From contig NC_091473.1 in assembly GCF_036971445.1 (NCBI RefSeq), positions 216,194,001 through 216,258,000 of the forward strand: DNA of 64,000 bases, written 5' to 3'. The position numbers and the translations under genes were made by a program. Position 1 is the stretch's first letter. Every line of letters begins with the position of its first letter. The notes beneath the pieces were generated by a model. The model searched no databases. It was not told the DNA's origin and saw only the letters and a list, made by a program, of their open reading frames with translations. This stretch comes from Narcine bancroftii (Eukaryota). Below, piece after piece: positions 25,870 through 38,699 of the stretch.

Positions 25870-27450
25870 GATAGAAACATAGAAACATAGAAGATAGGAG
25901 CAGGAGTAGGTCATTCGACCCTTCGAGTCTGCTCCGCCATTCAACGAAATCATGGCTGATCTTAAAGTTCAGTACCCCGTCCCCACCTTCTCTCTGTAAC
26001 CTTTAATACCCTTATACTGAAGAAATATATCTAATTCCCTCTTAAATATATTTAATGAACCTGCCTCTACTGCCCTCTGTGGCAATGAATTCCACAGATT
26101 CACCACCTTCTGGGTAAAGAAATTCCTCCTCATCTCGGTCCTAAATGGTTTGCCTATTATCCTCAAACCATGGCCCCGGGTTCTGGATTTTCCCATCATG
26201 GAAACATCCCATCTGCATCCATTCTGTCCAGTCCTGCCAGAATTTTATATGTCTCTATGAGATCCCCTCTCAACCTTCTAAACTCCAGCGAGTACAATCC
26301 CAATTTGCGCAATCTTTCCTCATAAGTCAATAGACAATAGGAGCTGGAGTAGGCCCTTCGGCCCATCGAGCCAGCACCGCCATTTTGCAGATCATGGCTG
26401 ATCACTACCATCAGTACCCCTTTCCTGCCATTCCAGTATCAGCCTGGTGAATCGCCTCTGCACTCCCTCCATTGCAAGAACATCCTTCCTTAGATCAGGT
26501 GACCAAAACTGAACACAATATTCCAGGTGTGGTCTCACCAAGGCCCTGTACAGCTGCAGTAAGGTATCCTTGTTCCTATACTCAAACCCTCTTGATATGA
26601 AGGCCAACATACCATTTGCCCTTTTAACCTCCTGCTGTACCTGCATGCTCGCCTTCAGAGACTGGTGTACAAGTACCCCTAGGTCTCTCTGCACTTCCCC
26701 ATCTCTTAATCTATTGCCATTCAAATAGTAATCTGCCCTCCGGTTCACATCCACATTGTATTGCATTTGCCATGTATCTGCCCAGTCCCTCAATTTATCC
26801 AAATCACACTAGAGCTTCCTGACCCCCTCTTCCATGCACACAACCCCTCCTAGCTTAGTGTCATCTGCAAATTTGGAGATATTACATCCAATCCCCTCAT
26901 CCAGATCATTAATGTAAATTGTGAACAGCTAGGGTCCCAGTACAGATCCCTGTGGCACCCCACTGGTCACCGCCTGCCACTCAGAAAATGAGCCATTTAT
27001 CCCAACTCTCTGTCTTCTACCTGCCAGCCAGTTCTCAATCCACATCAATACTTTGTCCCCAATCCCATGAGCCTTGATTTTGGAAGCCAATCGTTTATGT
27101 GGGACCTTATCGAAGGCCTTTTGGAAGGTACACCACATCCACTGGCTCTCCCCCATCTATTTTACCTGTCACCATCTCAAAGAATTCCAATAGATTTGTC
27201 AAGCACGATTTACCTTTTGTAAATCCATGTTGACTCTGTCCGATCCCTTCTCTGCTAGTCATATGCTCCGCTATTACATCCTTAATAATGGATTCCATCA
27301 TTTTGCCCACTACTGATGTAAGGCTCACTGGCCTATAATTCCCCGCTTTTTCTCTACCCCCCTTTTTAAATAGTGGGGTAACTTTAGCTACCCTCCAATC
27401 CATGGGTACTGATCCTGAGTCTATTGAGTTCTGGTAAATAATTCTTAAAG
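25870..27450 (-). mobile_element. CR1 LINE, 5'-truncated, with a nested ~100-bp CR1 3' tail at ~26328-26425
   Basis: NYRPVSLTS, QHGFTKGKSCLTNL, FQKAFDKVPH, GVPQGSVLGP, RPHLEYCVQFW; (atagaaac)n tail. Confidence 0.92.
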
Positions 27451-27479
27451 CATAATTCTTAAAGATAATATGGCCAAGA

Positions 27480-28560
27480 GTTCTGGAACATCACAGTGTA
27501 ACTTATATCAGTCATACCGATATAGAACAGGGTGTTTTGGTCACTGTGATCTAGAGCAGACCTCAATTGGTGCTCCATTCAAGAAAAGTTTGCCACAGAA
27601 CACGGCTATGTTGATCTAGAACCATAACTTAGGGTAATTGCAATCTGCGACAATAGCAAATAATATGACTATTATTTAGACCAACATGGCAAGACAGTCA
27701 CTAAACAGCAGCAGATCACAGGGTGCAGTGCCTAAGTTAGAACAGTTCATCACAAGATTACCAAACCAGAACATTATTTTACAGGGTTTCAGTAACTGAT
27801 CTAGAACCTTTGGTCTCAGGAATGGTGCCTTTCTGATCTAATTCAGTGACTAAAGAGAACAGGTTGAGAGTGATCTATAACAGGGATTGCAGGGAACTAG
27901 GCAGATGGATCTAGATCTAGAACATGGACCAGCCTGGCTTCAGACCATTCGGGGGGGGGGGGGGAAGTGTTCTACAACCAGGGCCTTGGCAGCCAGCTGA
28001 TCAATAATGGGGTAAGATGATCTGGAACAGGGTTACCTTGATCAAGATTATGGCACAGGACCACATTGATCTCAGCGAACAGAGTCAGACTGATCTAGAA
28101 CAGAGGCCACAGCGAATAGGTTCACCTTGATGTAGGACAGGGGGCTGCAGGGAACAGGGCCATGCTGTCTCATTCAGGGGATTTCAGGGAACAGGGTTAG
28201 ACTTGAGAACATGGGCTCACAGGGAATGGGCTCAGGCTGATCTAGAATGGAGGCTGCAGGGAATTGGTTCACCCTGATGTAGGCCAGGGCTCTGCAGGGA
28301 ACAGGGTCAGACTCTAGAACATGGGCTCACAGGGAATGGGCTCAGACTGATCTAGAACAGAATGCAGCAGGGAACAGGTTGACATTACTCTAGAATAGCA
28401 AGTCAAAGAAGAATGATCTAAAAACAATGCTTCAGAAAGGAGAGGGTGGCTCTTCTCCAGAATAACAAGGCAAAGAATGCAGATTGCTCCAATCTAGAAC
28501 AGCAAGTCATAGGGTAATTGATCTTAATCATGGAGAGCAGGGTTGATCTCAACTGCGACA
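27480..28560 (+). repeat. Old degenerate tandem array with conserved core TGATCTAGAACAG
   Basis: Recurring gatctagaac/gatctggaac cores with irregular spacing. Confidence 0.75.
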
Positions 28561-31169
28561 TTAGCTCAGGATCCAGATCACTCCATTAGGGCACCACATG
28601 CTTCTCCTCTTCCAGCAACACTGGGCACTCCACCCCCCCTCCACCACTGATTCAACATCCAGCCGATCGAGGTGATGCTTTGTCCTAGGTGGGGTTGAGC
28701 TTCGAGAGCTTCTCACATTCACCCAGGCAGGTGGAGAGTGTTCCTCAACCCTCGACATGCAACTGTAGATGAGGAAAAAGCTGGGGTCAGGTGGGGGGGC
28801 AGGGGGGGGGGGGAAGACACTCCCGATAGGATGGCCCTGTGGATGCAGTTTGGTGACTGGTCCTCTCCAGTGCCTGGTCAGTGGTGACCCCAGAATGTGG
28901 ATGGTGGGGACTGGGTGATTTCAGGAAGGGGTGGAGTTAGACTCATCTTGGTGGAGAGTCAGTGCCTCCACTTGTGTGGTCTGAATGTCGCCCACCTCTG
29001 ATCAGCTTGTGCCTGCATGTTGCCTAGGGATCACTAGTCTAAGTGAATGGGCGTGGACATGGCCAACAGGATACAATGTGGAAAAATAGAAAACCAGGCT
29101 ATAGATTGAGAGAGATGATACATGGGTCCCTGGGCATTGGAATGAGATGGTTGGTGTTGGGAGGGTCTGGGACATCCCGGGATGGGATGGTTGATGTTGG
29201 GAGGGTCCTAACTCCTTGGATACCAGTCACTGCAGAAAAAGCAGAGTCCAGAGGAAGAGTCTGTTGGCCTTTGTTGAGAGAGGGGTTGAGTCCAAGAGTC
29301 GAGACGTCTCATTCTGATGATCGAGGTTCCCAGGGAGATCACATATTGGGGACAGGTCTGATATCCCCACCTGAGGGAGTACCTACCTGTGGGAGAGGGA
29401 GTGCAGCAAAGGTTCACCGGATCGATTCCCAGGATGGCAGGAAGTGAAGCAGACTGGGACTGTCCTCTCTGGGGTTTAGGACAAGAGGTGAACCCACTAA
29501 TGCCTAAACTCCTGTCGGGGTGGATGTGGGGGTAGGAAGTCCTGAACCAGGGACCCAGTGTGGGTTGGGTGGATCAGGTCAGAGGTGTGGAGAAATCTCT
29601 TCTCCCAGAGGGTGTGGGGGCCCCGTCATTCTCAAATACTCCGGGGCTTCGGAGAAGGGGCCAGTGGTGTTCCTGAACACCACCAAAAGTAAAACTAGAA
29701 ACGGCAAGAGACTCAGAACTCCAAGATGCAGAGGACCCACAGGATAGTAATCAGAATCGTTAATATAGTGTAGTCAGTCTCAGTAAAAGATCCTGACCGA
29801 AAACATCCACTGGCCATTTCTACCTGCGGATGCTGCTTGACCCACTGAGTTCTTTCAGTAGCTCATTGTTTGCTCAAGGTTCCAGTATCTGCAGTTTTGT
29901 GTGGACAGAATTGAATACAAAAGCTGTGAGATTGTGCTTCAGTTTGGTAGGTGTAGCATCCATAACAGGGAAGAATGCATGCATTACAAAATACTTCAGA
30001 CATTAACTGGACTGAGATCTTGGTCGACACAGACAAGTTGGGCTGAAGGGCCTGTTTCCACATTGTATGACCTGATGACAGAGTGAGCTATCAGGCGAGG
30101 AAAGGTGAGTGCGAACAGAAGAGCGAGTGGGTTTTGATTAAAATGCTTGGCTGTTGAAGAGGACATCTGCTGCAAGAATCGTGAACCATTAAAAAAATAG
30201 ATGACGCTCTCTGTCGGGAGTCTCCCTCGTGGTCACGAGGGAACAGAGGGCTTGCAGCAGGAGCAGTATTGGTGATGAGTGAGGAGACGAGTCTGAGGTT
30301 GGAGCTGGAGTAGCCACTGTTTATTGAACAGGGAGAGGCCACATTTTAACAGCCTGATACGATAGGCACATGGGTGTAAGAAAAATAGTGTTATAGGTGT
30401 GAGGTAGGGAGAGATGAAATTGTTGTGTGGGATTACATAGGGTCAGCATATCGTGGGCTGTAGGGTCTGTACTATGCTGTAATATTCCACATGGGGGATT
30501 GAGAGGAGTGATGTTTTCCTCAGTGAGGGGGGAAGGTTTGGAACTCTGACCGAGGGATTGAGACCCTGGCCAACATCCTGGCCAAGGAGTTAAGGGCCCA
30601 CAGGCCGGGATCATGGGCCAGAGGGGCAGCGAGGTGAGCTGCCCTGCTGCGAAATGGCCCCTCTCCCAACCCCTGCACGATAGCCTAGGTGCAAACTTTC
30701 ATTCACCACAGCAGCTCGCCTGTCCCTGGTTTGTCTCAGGCAGCAGAGAGGTGAAGTCCATCTTCTGCACACGACACTATTATCACCCCTGGTCTATTTC
30801 ACAACAGGAAGAGAGACTGGAACCAAAATTAAACTGCGCCATTTTAGTCAGGGGGTCCCGACCACCATTTCGCGTGATTGAGAAGCAATGCTGAAGAAGA
30901 TTGAGCCACTGCTACCTCCATGGCCAGCTCTGTAAATACAAAGCCCCCCTTCTCTCTCCCAAATGACCAGTTGTTCAAGCTGGCATCCCAAAGTCCAAAT
31001 GAAGGCCTCATTGACTCTCCAAAAATTACAGCATCCTGTAAATCCAGCCCCAGCCCTTTAAATTTCACAATCCTTTGGTGTGGCCCACCCTGCCTGCCTT
31101 ATGCCCACACAACCCAGCACCCTCTCCCTCGCCATCACTAAGCCAGCCTCCTGATGGACACAAATTAAC

Positions 31170-32060
31170 CTATCTGGGTGCAAGGACTGGAGGGAATAAT
31201 AGGGATAAGGAGGGGTGCAGGTAACCAGAGGTGGTTACATAGCTGGAGAGGGGTGTAGGGGTCCAGTGGGTAGGCTGGAGTGGTAGGGCAGAGATAGGAG
31301 TAGGGGACCAGAGGAAGTTACAAAGATAGGGAGAGATGCTGGGGACCAGAGGGAGTTACAAAGATAAGGAGAGGTGTAGGGAACTGGAGGTTAAAGAAAT
31401 AACAGACCAGAGAGGGGAGGGGGTGTGGTACAGAGATAGGGAGAGGTGAGGAGACCAGAGGGCGGTTGCAGAGAAGGCAGGGATGCAGCAAACTGGTGTG
31501 CAAACAAAGATAGGGTGGGGTATAGGGTCTGGAAGGGGATTGGGAGAGGTGTAGGAGTTGGAGGGGGTTACAGAGAGATGGAGGGGTGTAGGGTCCAGAG
31601 GGGTTAACAGAGAATGGGAGGAGTTACAGACCAGATGGGGTTACAGATATACACAGAGACAGGGAAGAGTGTAAGGGTTAGAAGGAACTTCAGAGAGATG
31701 TGTGTAGGTCTGGAGGGGTTAGAGATTTGGAAGAAAAGGGGCCAGGTGATATTGCAGAAATAGGGAGGATGCCGGGGACTGGGGAGGGGGTGAATAATCA
31801 AGGGAGGGAGAACTTCAGGGACTGGTGGAGGCCACTGATAGGGTGGGTGTAGTGGCTGGAAGATTTATAAAGATAGGGAGGGGTTCGGAAGGGAATCAGT
31901 GGAGGTCTGGGATTCAGAGGAGGTTGGAGAGATAGGGAGGAGTGTCCGGATCAGAGGGGCTCACGGAGATAAGGAGTGGTGTGGAGTCCAGGAGTGAGAG
32001 ATTTGGAGGTGATGACAGACTATGAAGGTGAGACTGATGGAGGAAGGGGTTGTAGGATGA
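31170..32060 (+). repeat. Degenerate G/A-rich minisatellite (gggttacagagataggga...)
   Basis: Units of about 40 nt, gggttacagagata-gggagaggtgtagg. Confidence 0.75.
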
Positions 32061-32173
32061 GAGTGGGGAACATATCCTGGCTCTGGGGTGCCAGATATCG
32101 ATATCATAAACCATGAAGATGGGGCAGGGGGACATCCCATAAGAAGCTAGAAAAAGGGAAAGGCCTGACTTAC

Positions 32174-32222
32174 CAGCTGAAGAGGAGTGAAATAGGAAGA
32201 CGAGGGCAAAAATAGCCTTCAT
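32174..32222 (-). CDS. FCER1G: FCER1G exon 1 (49 coding nt), signal peptide MKAIFALVFLFHSSSA
   Basis: Kozak CCACCATG, hydrophobic leader, G|GTAAGT phase-1 donor; length and phase fit FcR gamma exon 1. Confidence 0.9.
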
Positions 32223-32289
32223 GGTGGAGGGAGAGGCTGCGCTCACAGACGGCACGTCCGATAGGGCTGCTGAGCACTGCACAGACTGG

Positions 32290-32480
32290 AGTGCCGCAGA
32301 TCTGTGGTCAAATGCTCACTGACTTCCAAGGGACAGGAAGTGGAGTAATTTGGGGGGGGAAGGGCGAGGGGGGGGAGGGCGTAGGGAGGAGGGGAAAGGA
32401 AAGAGGGGGTGGGGAAAGGAAGAGGGGGTGGGTGAGTGTGAGATGGGGAGACTGGGAGGAGCGGGGAGGGGGAAATTGGG
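32290..32480 (-). promoter_or_regulatory. Putative FCER1G proximal promoter with RUNX, two ETS sites and a G-rich/GC-box tract
   Basis: TGTGGT at 32303-32308, GACTTCC at 32321-32327 and ACAGGAAGTG at 32333-32342, 80-120 nt upstream of the ATG. Confidence 0.55.
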
Positions 32481-32825
32481 CTGTTTTTGAGATATCTGGA
32501 AATATAAAATGTGGGAATTATCCAATGGGGAATGAAATGTGGTGGGGGGGGGGGTGGTGGAGAACAAGAGTGAAGGGTGGGCTCCAAGGATGGGATGGGG
32601 GAAGCAAATGTAGGATTTTATTCTAGTGGCAGAAAACCCTTCCCATTGCCCATCACCGAACCACCCTGTGATGTACCCTCCTGCACCCAGAGGACTGGGT
32701 GCCTGTAGTCAAAAAGAACCACACCCACCTTGCACCCCCCCCACCCCCCAATGCAGGTCTGGATGGATGCGCGATTCCCACAGAGTTGGACAGACACAGT
32801 GTGGGCTGGAGCTCGAACAATTCCA

Positions 32826-32831
32826 TTTATT
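32826..32831 (-). terminator. NDUFS2 polyadenylation signal AATAAA (second candidate at 32617-32622)
   Basis: tttatt on + strand, about 125 nt after the stop codon. Confidence 0.7.
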
Positions 32832-32955
32832 CACGGGATGTAATATAGTTCAGGCAGGGCCCAGGGCGGGTGATAAGAGGGAAGCTGGCTGGGACATGGC
32901 ACGACGGTCCACAGTAAACGCAGGTGTTGGGACTGCTTACTTTCCAGGGAGATTG

Positions 32956-32993
32956 CTAGCGATCCACCTCCCCAAACACCACATCCTGAGTGC
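32956..32993 (-). CDS. NDUFS2: NDUFS2 last coding exon (38 nt): (G)TQDVVFGEVDR*
   Basis: Conserved C-terminal FGEVDR then TAG; pyrimidine tract and AG acceptor at 32995-32994. Confidence 0.97.
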
Positions 32994-33794
32994 CTGTAAA
33001 ATGAAAGGAAGAGGAGGAAGTTGTGTTATCGCTGTCTCTTTGCCCCAAAATCCCACAGCCAAAGAGATAAAGGGTCAGCTGCTGAGCCTAAAACAGCTGG
33101 CACGAGGAATGTGTTACCTCCTGTTGGCACAGCTCGGTTACCACAGCAGCACTCACTAACTCTGGGCATGGTTAGATCCTTGAGTGAAGCTTCCTCCATG
33201 CACTCCTTGGGCACGGCTCAGACCCAGGCAGAAGCTTCTTCCACACCGTCCTGTCACACACTTCCGGGGTACAGTTCAGTCCCAGTGAAGCTCTCTCTAC
33301 GTCGTCCCATCACACACTCCCAGGGTCAGAGACAGAGTGAAGCTACAGTCTGCATTACTGGGAAGGAAGTTGAAAAATACAGGATCGCACCTGTTGCAAA
33401 AATCTGAGACCCAAGGGAAGTTTTGTGTTTGCGCTGTGCGTGTACCTGCGCTGGACTTTTTAACATTGGCTGCTTGGTGAGCTTGATCCTGTTATTCCAA
33501 CTATACTAATCAAGTAATGAGCTGGCAGTTTTTCAGGGTGGACCTACTCCACTCCAGAACCACCATCTTTTGGCCTAATTTGCTCGTTAACATCTTAAAG
33601 TTGGCGGCAACTCTCCTGCCTGCTTGTTAACCTCAGCAATTGGTTAAAGAAGGTAAATCATCGGGTGTCTCGAAGGCATGAGAGCCTCTACCTGACCTTC
33701 AGAAGTTCAGGAGGAGTTGGAGGATGACCAGTGGGCCAGCTTGAAAAGCTGTTGGAGGACTTCTCGTTAACGTTCAACTGTCTCGAACTCTATT

Positions 33795-35870
33795 TCACAA
33801 GATAAAGGAACAGAAGCAGGCCATTAGGCCCATTGGGTCTGTTCCACAACTCTACACTGAGCTGAACTATGCTCACACCTAGTTCCAATTTCCAGCCTTT
33901 TCCCCATATCCCCTTACTAATTAGATAATTTATCAATTTCCTGTTTAAATTCTCCCAATGATCTGCATGCAGCAGTGTTCCACAGATCCACAACCCTCTG
34001 ACGAAAGAAGTTCTTCCTCATCTCTATTTTAAATGCAGAACTTCTAATTTTAAGACTGCGACCCCTACATCTACATCTACTCTGTCAAAACCTTTCAAAA
34101 TTCGAAATGTCTCTATGAGATCCCCCCCCCCCCCACCCCCCTCATTCTTCTATATTCCAATGAATACAACCCAAGAGCTGCCAAACTCTCTTCGTACATC
34201 AGTCCTTGCATTCCAGGAATCATCCTAGTAAATCTCCTCTGCACCCTCTCCAACAACATCACATCCTTTCTAAGATAGGGGCCCCCAAAACTGCACACTT
34301 TACTCCAAATGAGGTCTCACCAGTGCCACATAGAATCTTATCAACACCTCTTTACTCTTATACACTATTCCTCTTGAAATGAATGCCAACATAGCGTTCG
34401 CTTTCTTCACTTCTAATTCCACCTGGTCATTAGCTTTTAGGTTTCTCTGCACGGGGACACCCAGGTCTATTTGCACTTCCGAGGTTTGAATTTTCTCCCC
34501 ATTCAAATAGTATTCTGCCTGTTTATTTCCACCGCCAAAATGTAGAACTGAACAATTCTCAACACTGTATCTCATCTGCAATAATTTTGCCCAGTCTCCC
34601 AATCTGTCTGTATCCTTCTGCAACTTTTTGCTTTCTTCAACACTTCCTGGTCCGCCACCTATCCTGGTGTCATCTGCAAATTTGGCCACAAAACCATTCA
34701 TACCACAATCCAAATCATTAATGTAAATTGTAAACAGCAGTGGCCCCTGCAGAACGCCGCTTGCTTCAGGCAGCCATCCTGAATGGGATCCCTTAATTTC
34801 AACCCTTTGCTTCCTGCCTATCAGTCAATTTCCTATCCAGTCTAATATCATCCCTGTAATTCCATGGGCCCTCATCCTAACATGCGGCACCTTTATCAAA
34901 AGCCTTTTGAAAATCCAAATATACAACACCCTCGGCCTCCCCTTTGTCTATCCTATCTGAGATTTCTTCAAAAAACTCTAATAGGTTGGTCAGACAGGAT
35001 CTACCCTTTAAAAAAACCATGCTGACTTGGACCTCATGCATCTCCAGGTATTTCATCACCTCATCCTTGAGGATCGACTCTAATCTCTTCCCAAATCGGC
35101 CTGTAGTTACATTTTTTCTGTCTCCTACTTAAACAATGGAACCACATTTACAACCTTCCAATCCCCTGGAATCATGCCAGAGTCCACTGATTACTGGATT
35201 ATCACCAATGGGTCCACAATCTCATCCGGTCAGGGAGATTTATCAATCCTTAATCCATTCAGTTTGCCTAGCACAATTTCTCCGTAATCTTAACTGTATC
35301 CAACTCTACTCCCTGAAGCCTCTGTCTGACAGGGATATCACTAATGTCTTCCTCAGTAAAGACTGATGTAAAATATTGATAACCCATTATAATTTCCCCA
35401 GCATCGCTTTCTATTGGTCCCATGTCAACATGTGTCTCTCTTTTATTCTTTATATCTTTAAAAAAAACTCACTTTTCTTTCCTAATGACTTTCTTTGCCT
35501 CTTTCTGTAAATTTCTAAAGGAATTCCAGTTCTCTGATTTCCCACTAATTCTAGGTTCCTTGTCTGCCCTCCCCTTTGCTTTTATCTTGGCTTTCACCTC
35601 TTTTGTTAGCCACATTGGTACCATCTTTCCTTTGACAAATTTCTTTTTCCTTGGAATATATCTAAAATATCTTCCAATCCTGCTCTTTTTCTCCGACTAG
35701 TTTGCTTTTCCAGTTCCTTTCTCATACCACCAATTTCCTTTATTCCATTGAAAAATTGAGACAACCAATAACATTTTTTCATTTTCAAATTTGAAATTAA
35801 ATCCAACCATGTTATGATCACCGCTTCATGGAGGTTCTACAACCTTTAACTCCCTAATGACCTCAGCTTC
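33795..35870 (-). mobile_element. Decayed CR1 LINE
   Basis: KFADDT, SCLTNLLEFFE, YLDFQKAFDK, LERVQRRFTRMIPG remnants. Confidence 0.88.
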
Positions 35871-35989
35871 ATTTCAGAACTTGAAGACCTTGGGATATTG
35901 GGATCAGAAGAGGATTGAGGTAGCAGTTTTCAGTCAACAAGGATGGAACTCTTATCTTCAACTTTTGTTCAGTTTCAACTGTGCCCAAC

Positions 35990-38070
35990 CAATCTTCTGA
36001 AAGATCTGGGCCCTCGTGCAGAAGCTTCAACAGCCCCCTTGGCCTGGAATCCTTTTGGACGATGAAAACGTAGTGAAACTCTGCACCCTCCCCCTCCCAA
36101 ATCTCGTGCAGAAGCTTCAACAGCCCCCTTGGCCTGGAATCCTTTTGGACGATGAAAACGTAGTGAAACTCTGCACCCTCCCCCTCCCAAATCTCCGACT
36201 AGCAAAACTGGAGCCTGTATGAAGGTATTGGTGAGGTTTGTTGGCCCCCCAGCCATTGCAATACTGCAAACGTGGACAGGAAAGCTTTAATTTACCTGGA
36301 GACTGCCAAACCGGAATCCCTATCCATCAGTGAGAGGATTGAAGTGGGCAAGATGTTTCTGCAGGTGGACTCTCTCAAGTCTGCCGAGCAGCGGGTAATC
36401 CTTTCCAATGTCCTGCCTGCTATTGCCGATGATGATCTTCTACCCCACTTGCATCTTCTGGGGATAGTTCAGTCTGAGATCTCCCCAATCCTATTTGGCT
36501 TTAGGGAACCTGAATTGAAATGGATTTGCTCCTTTCAACGTCAGGTATCTAATCCTGCTGACGAAGGAGGGTGAGACTGAGGGGCAGTCCCAGGTCCAGT
36601 ACAAGGGGAGGGTGTACGAATTTACTGGTCCGTGGGACGACCGTGGGGTCATGTCTGTAAGGGGCTGGGGCACGTTTGGAAGAACTGGGTCCAACCTCCA
36701 GGAAGCGAACTCCACCTCTGATGCCAAGGAAAAGAAGAAAGACCGAGATGACTTTCAGACGATCCAGAGCCAATATCTGTCCCAGAGCTCTGAGTGGGAG
36801 AGGCTATCTGCCTGAAGACCCACAGAAAACCAAGCAGAAGGTGGTAGAATGAGAGATGGAGGATGGCCCTGGGGAACCAGGACTACCTGAGGGGAAGGTT
36901 TTTGCTATGGATGATCCCTCAGCCTTGCTCAAGGCCTTGTGCCTTAGTGTAGATGAGCCCATTGTTGGAGAGGTTGAGTGCCATCCTGAAGATGAAACAG
37001 TATATGTCAGGGGTTAAGGGAGAAGGCACTGACCTAAGATCAGTCTACCCAGGAGTTCTTCATCCCAACCCCAGTCGATCATGGTCCCATGGGAATGGAG
37101 TCTGTGGATGTTGCTGGTGGGAGTGAACCATCCTCTACCCCCACCGAGCCAGGGACCTGAGAGATCCCTGGATCAGGAGATGGAGCCGTCTTTGTGCCCA
37201 ATGTCTGCAGCAGTAGACATCTCTGCTATGCTGCCCCCTCTCCCCCCCCCCCCACCATGGGACCAAACTCTCAGAATGAGCCTGGGGAAGACCCCTCCAC
37301 TGCTGATCTGAGGGATGGGATGATGAGGGGAAACCAGGAGGTGAACTTGAGACTCCCGCTTCTCAATGCCCAGCAGGTGAGCTGGTCATCAGTAGCAGGT
37401 CTCCTGAGGAGGCTGGGGATTCAGCCCATAGAGTTGGAGATGAGCTGGCCTCCATCGACAATGAGATGATGGATACCCTCGTCCACCCTGATGTGTTTCT
37501 AGGTGTCTGCGGAGAGGAAATCCAGGGTTTGCTAAATAACTTGAATTGAAGAAGAAAGACTGCAGCACTGATTGTAGATTACACAAAAATGCTGGAGAAA
37601 CCCAAGTCCAAAACATTGGTTGTTTCTTTACCTTTGCTACACAAAGAATGCTGCGTGACATGCTGGGTTTCTCCAGCATTTTTATTTTCCTTTGGCGCTG
37701 TCAACGAATTGGCCTGTTACAGTGGTATATGTCTAATTTTTTAAAAAGGCAAGTTGGCTTCAGGATTAGGAAGGGGTGGGGGATGGGTAGAGAGAGTATG
37801 TGACAGCAAGTAATATACTCTTTCTATGTCAGTAACAATAGGAAATTTAAATGTGAACTGCAGTGGCAGGGGGAAGTATGCAGTGTGCTTCCTGCAGGAA
37901 GCTCACACCATCCTAGCAGATGAATCGACTTGGCACCTGGAGTGGTGAGGTGGTGTTTACGTGAAACACCTCAGCACCACTTCCACACCTTGTTGGCCCC
38001 AAATTTCTAGCCAGAGCTGCTCGAGGTCCAGAACCTGTTGCCAGGGTGCTTGCTGTGCGCCATTAACACA
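35990..38070 (+). mobile_element. Decayed Tx1-type L1 (ORF1 remnant and start of endonuclease), with a ~90-bp tandem duplication at 36013-36195
   Basis: VILSNVLPAIADDDL...SFQRQV ORF1 motif; VCFLQEAH...W.LEW APE motif near 37880-37945. Confidence 0.65.
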
Positions 38071-38699
38071 TCCCCAAGCCTGGTCGGTTTTGCTGAATTC
38101 ATTAGATTTTAGTGAATGTGTTGACCTTGGGTGGGGGCTGGGGACTTTAATTATCCCCTGAAGGGGAGGATTGTTCAGGATCCCAGCGAGACCAGGCATC
38201 AGTGAATAAGTTGAGGGGCATCGTTCACTTAGTAGATCTGTGTATCAGACCCAGAGTTAAGCTCCCTCTACACCGTCCCGTCACATACTCCCAGGGCATG
38301 TGTCAGACCCAGAGTGAAGCTCCCTCTACATCAACCATCACATAGCCCACATTATGGTCAAACCCAGGGTGAAGCTCGCTCTACACCGTCCCATCTCACA
38401 TCCCTGGGGCACGGGTCAGACCCAGTGAAGCTCCCGCTACACTAGTCCGCCACACAGTTACAGGGCACGGTTTAGACACACCAAAAGAGTCTCCGTTTTC
38501 AGTGGTTAATGGAAAGAGGAAGTCGTTCAGTCTGTAAACACAGATCAAACTTGTCACTAAGTTTGGAGATAGAGCAGTAGAAAATGGATGCCAAGTTGCT
38601 TATGGAACTGGGAAGGATATGGCAGGGATGAAATGAAGACTGCATGTCTTACCAAATTGGCAACTGGGTCAAGAAGTGGAGTTTCCTTGGAAAGATATT

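Noticed and set aside
30268-30300. TGATGA...CTGA pair suggesting a C/D snoRNA
   Set aside because: The boxes are only about 15 nt apart and there is no terminal stem
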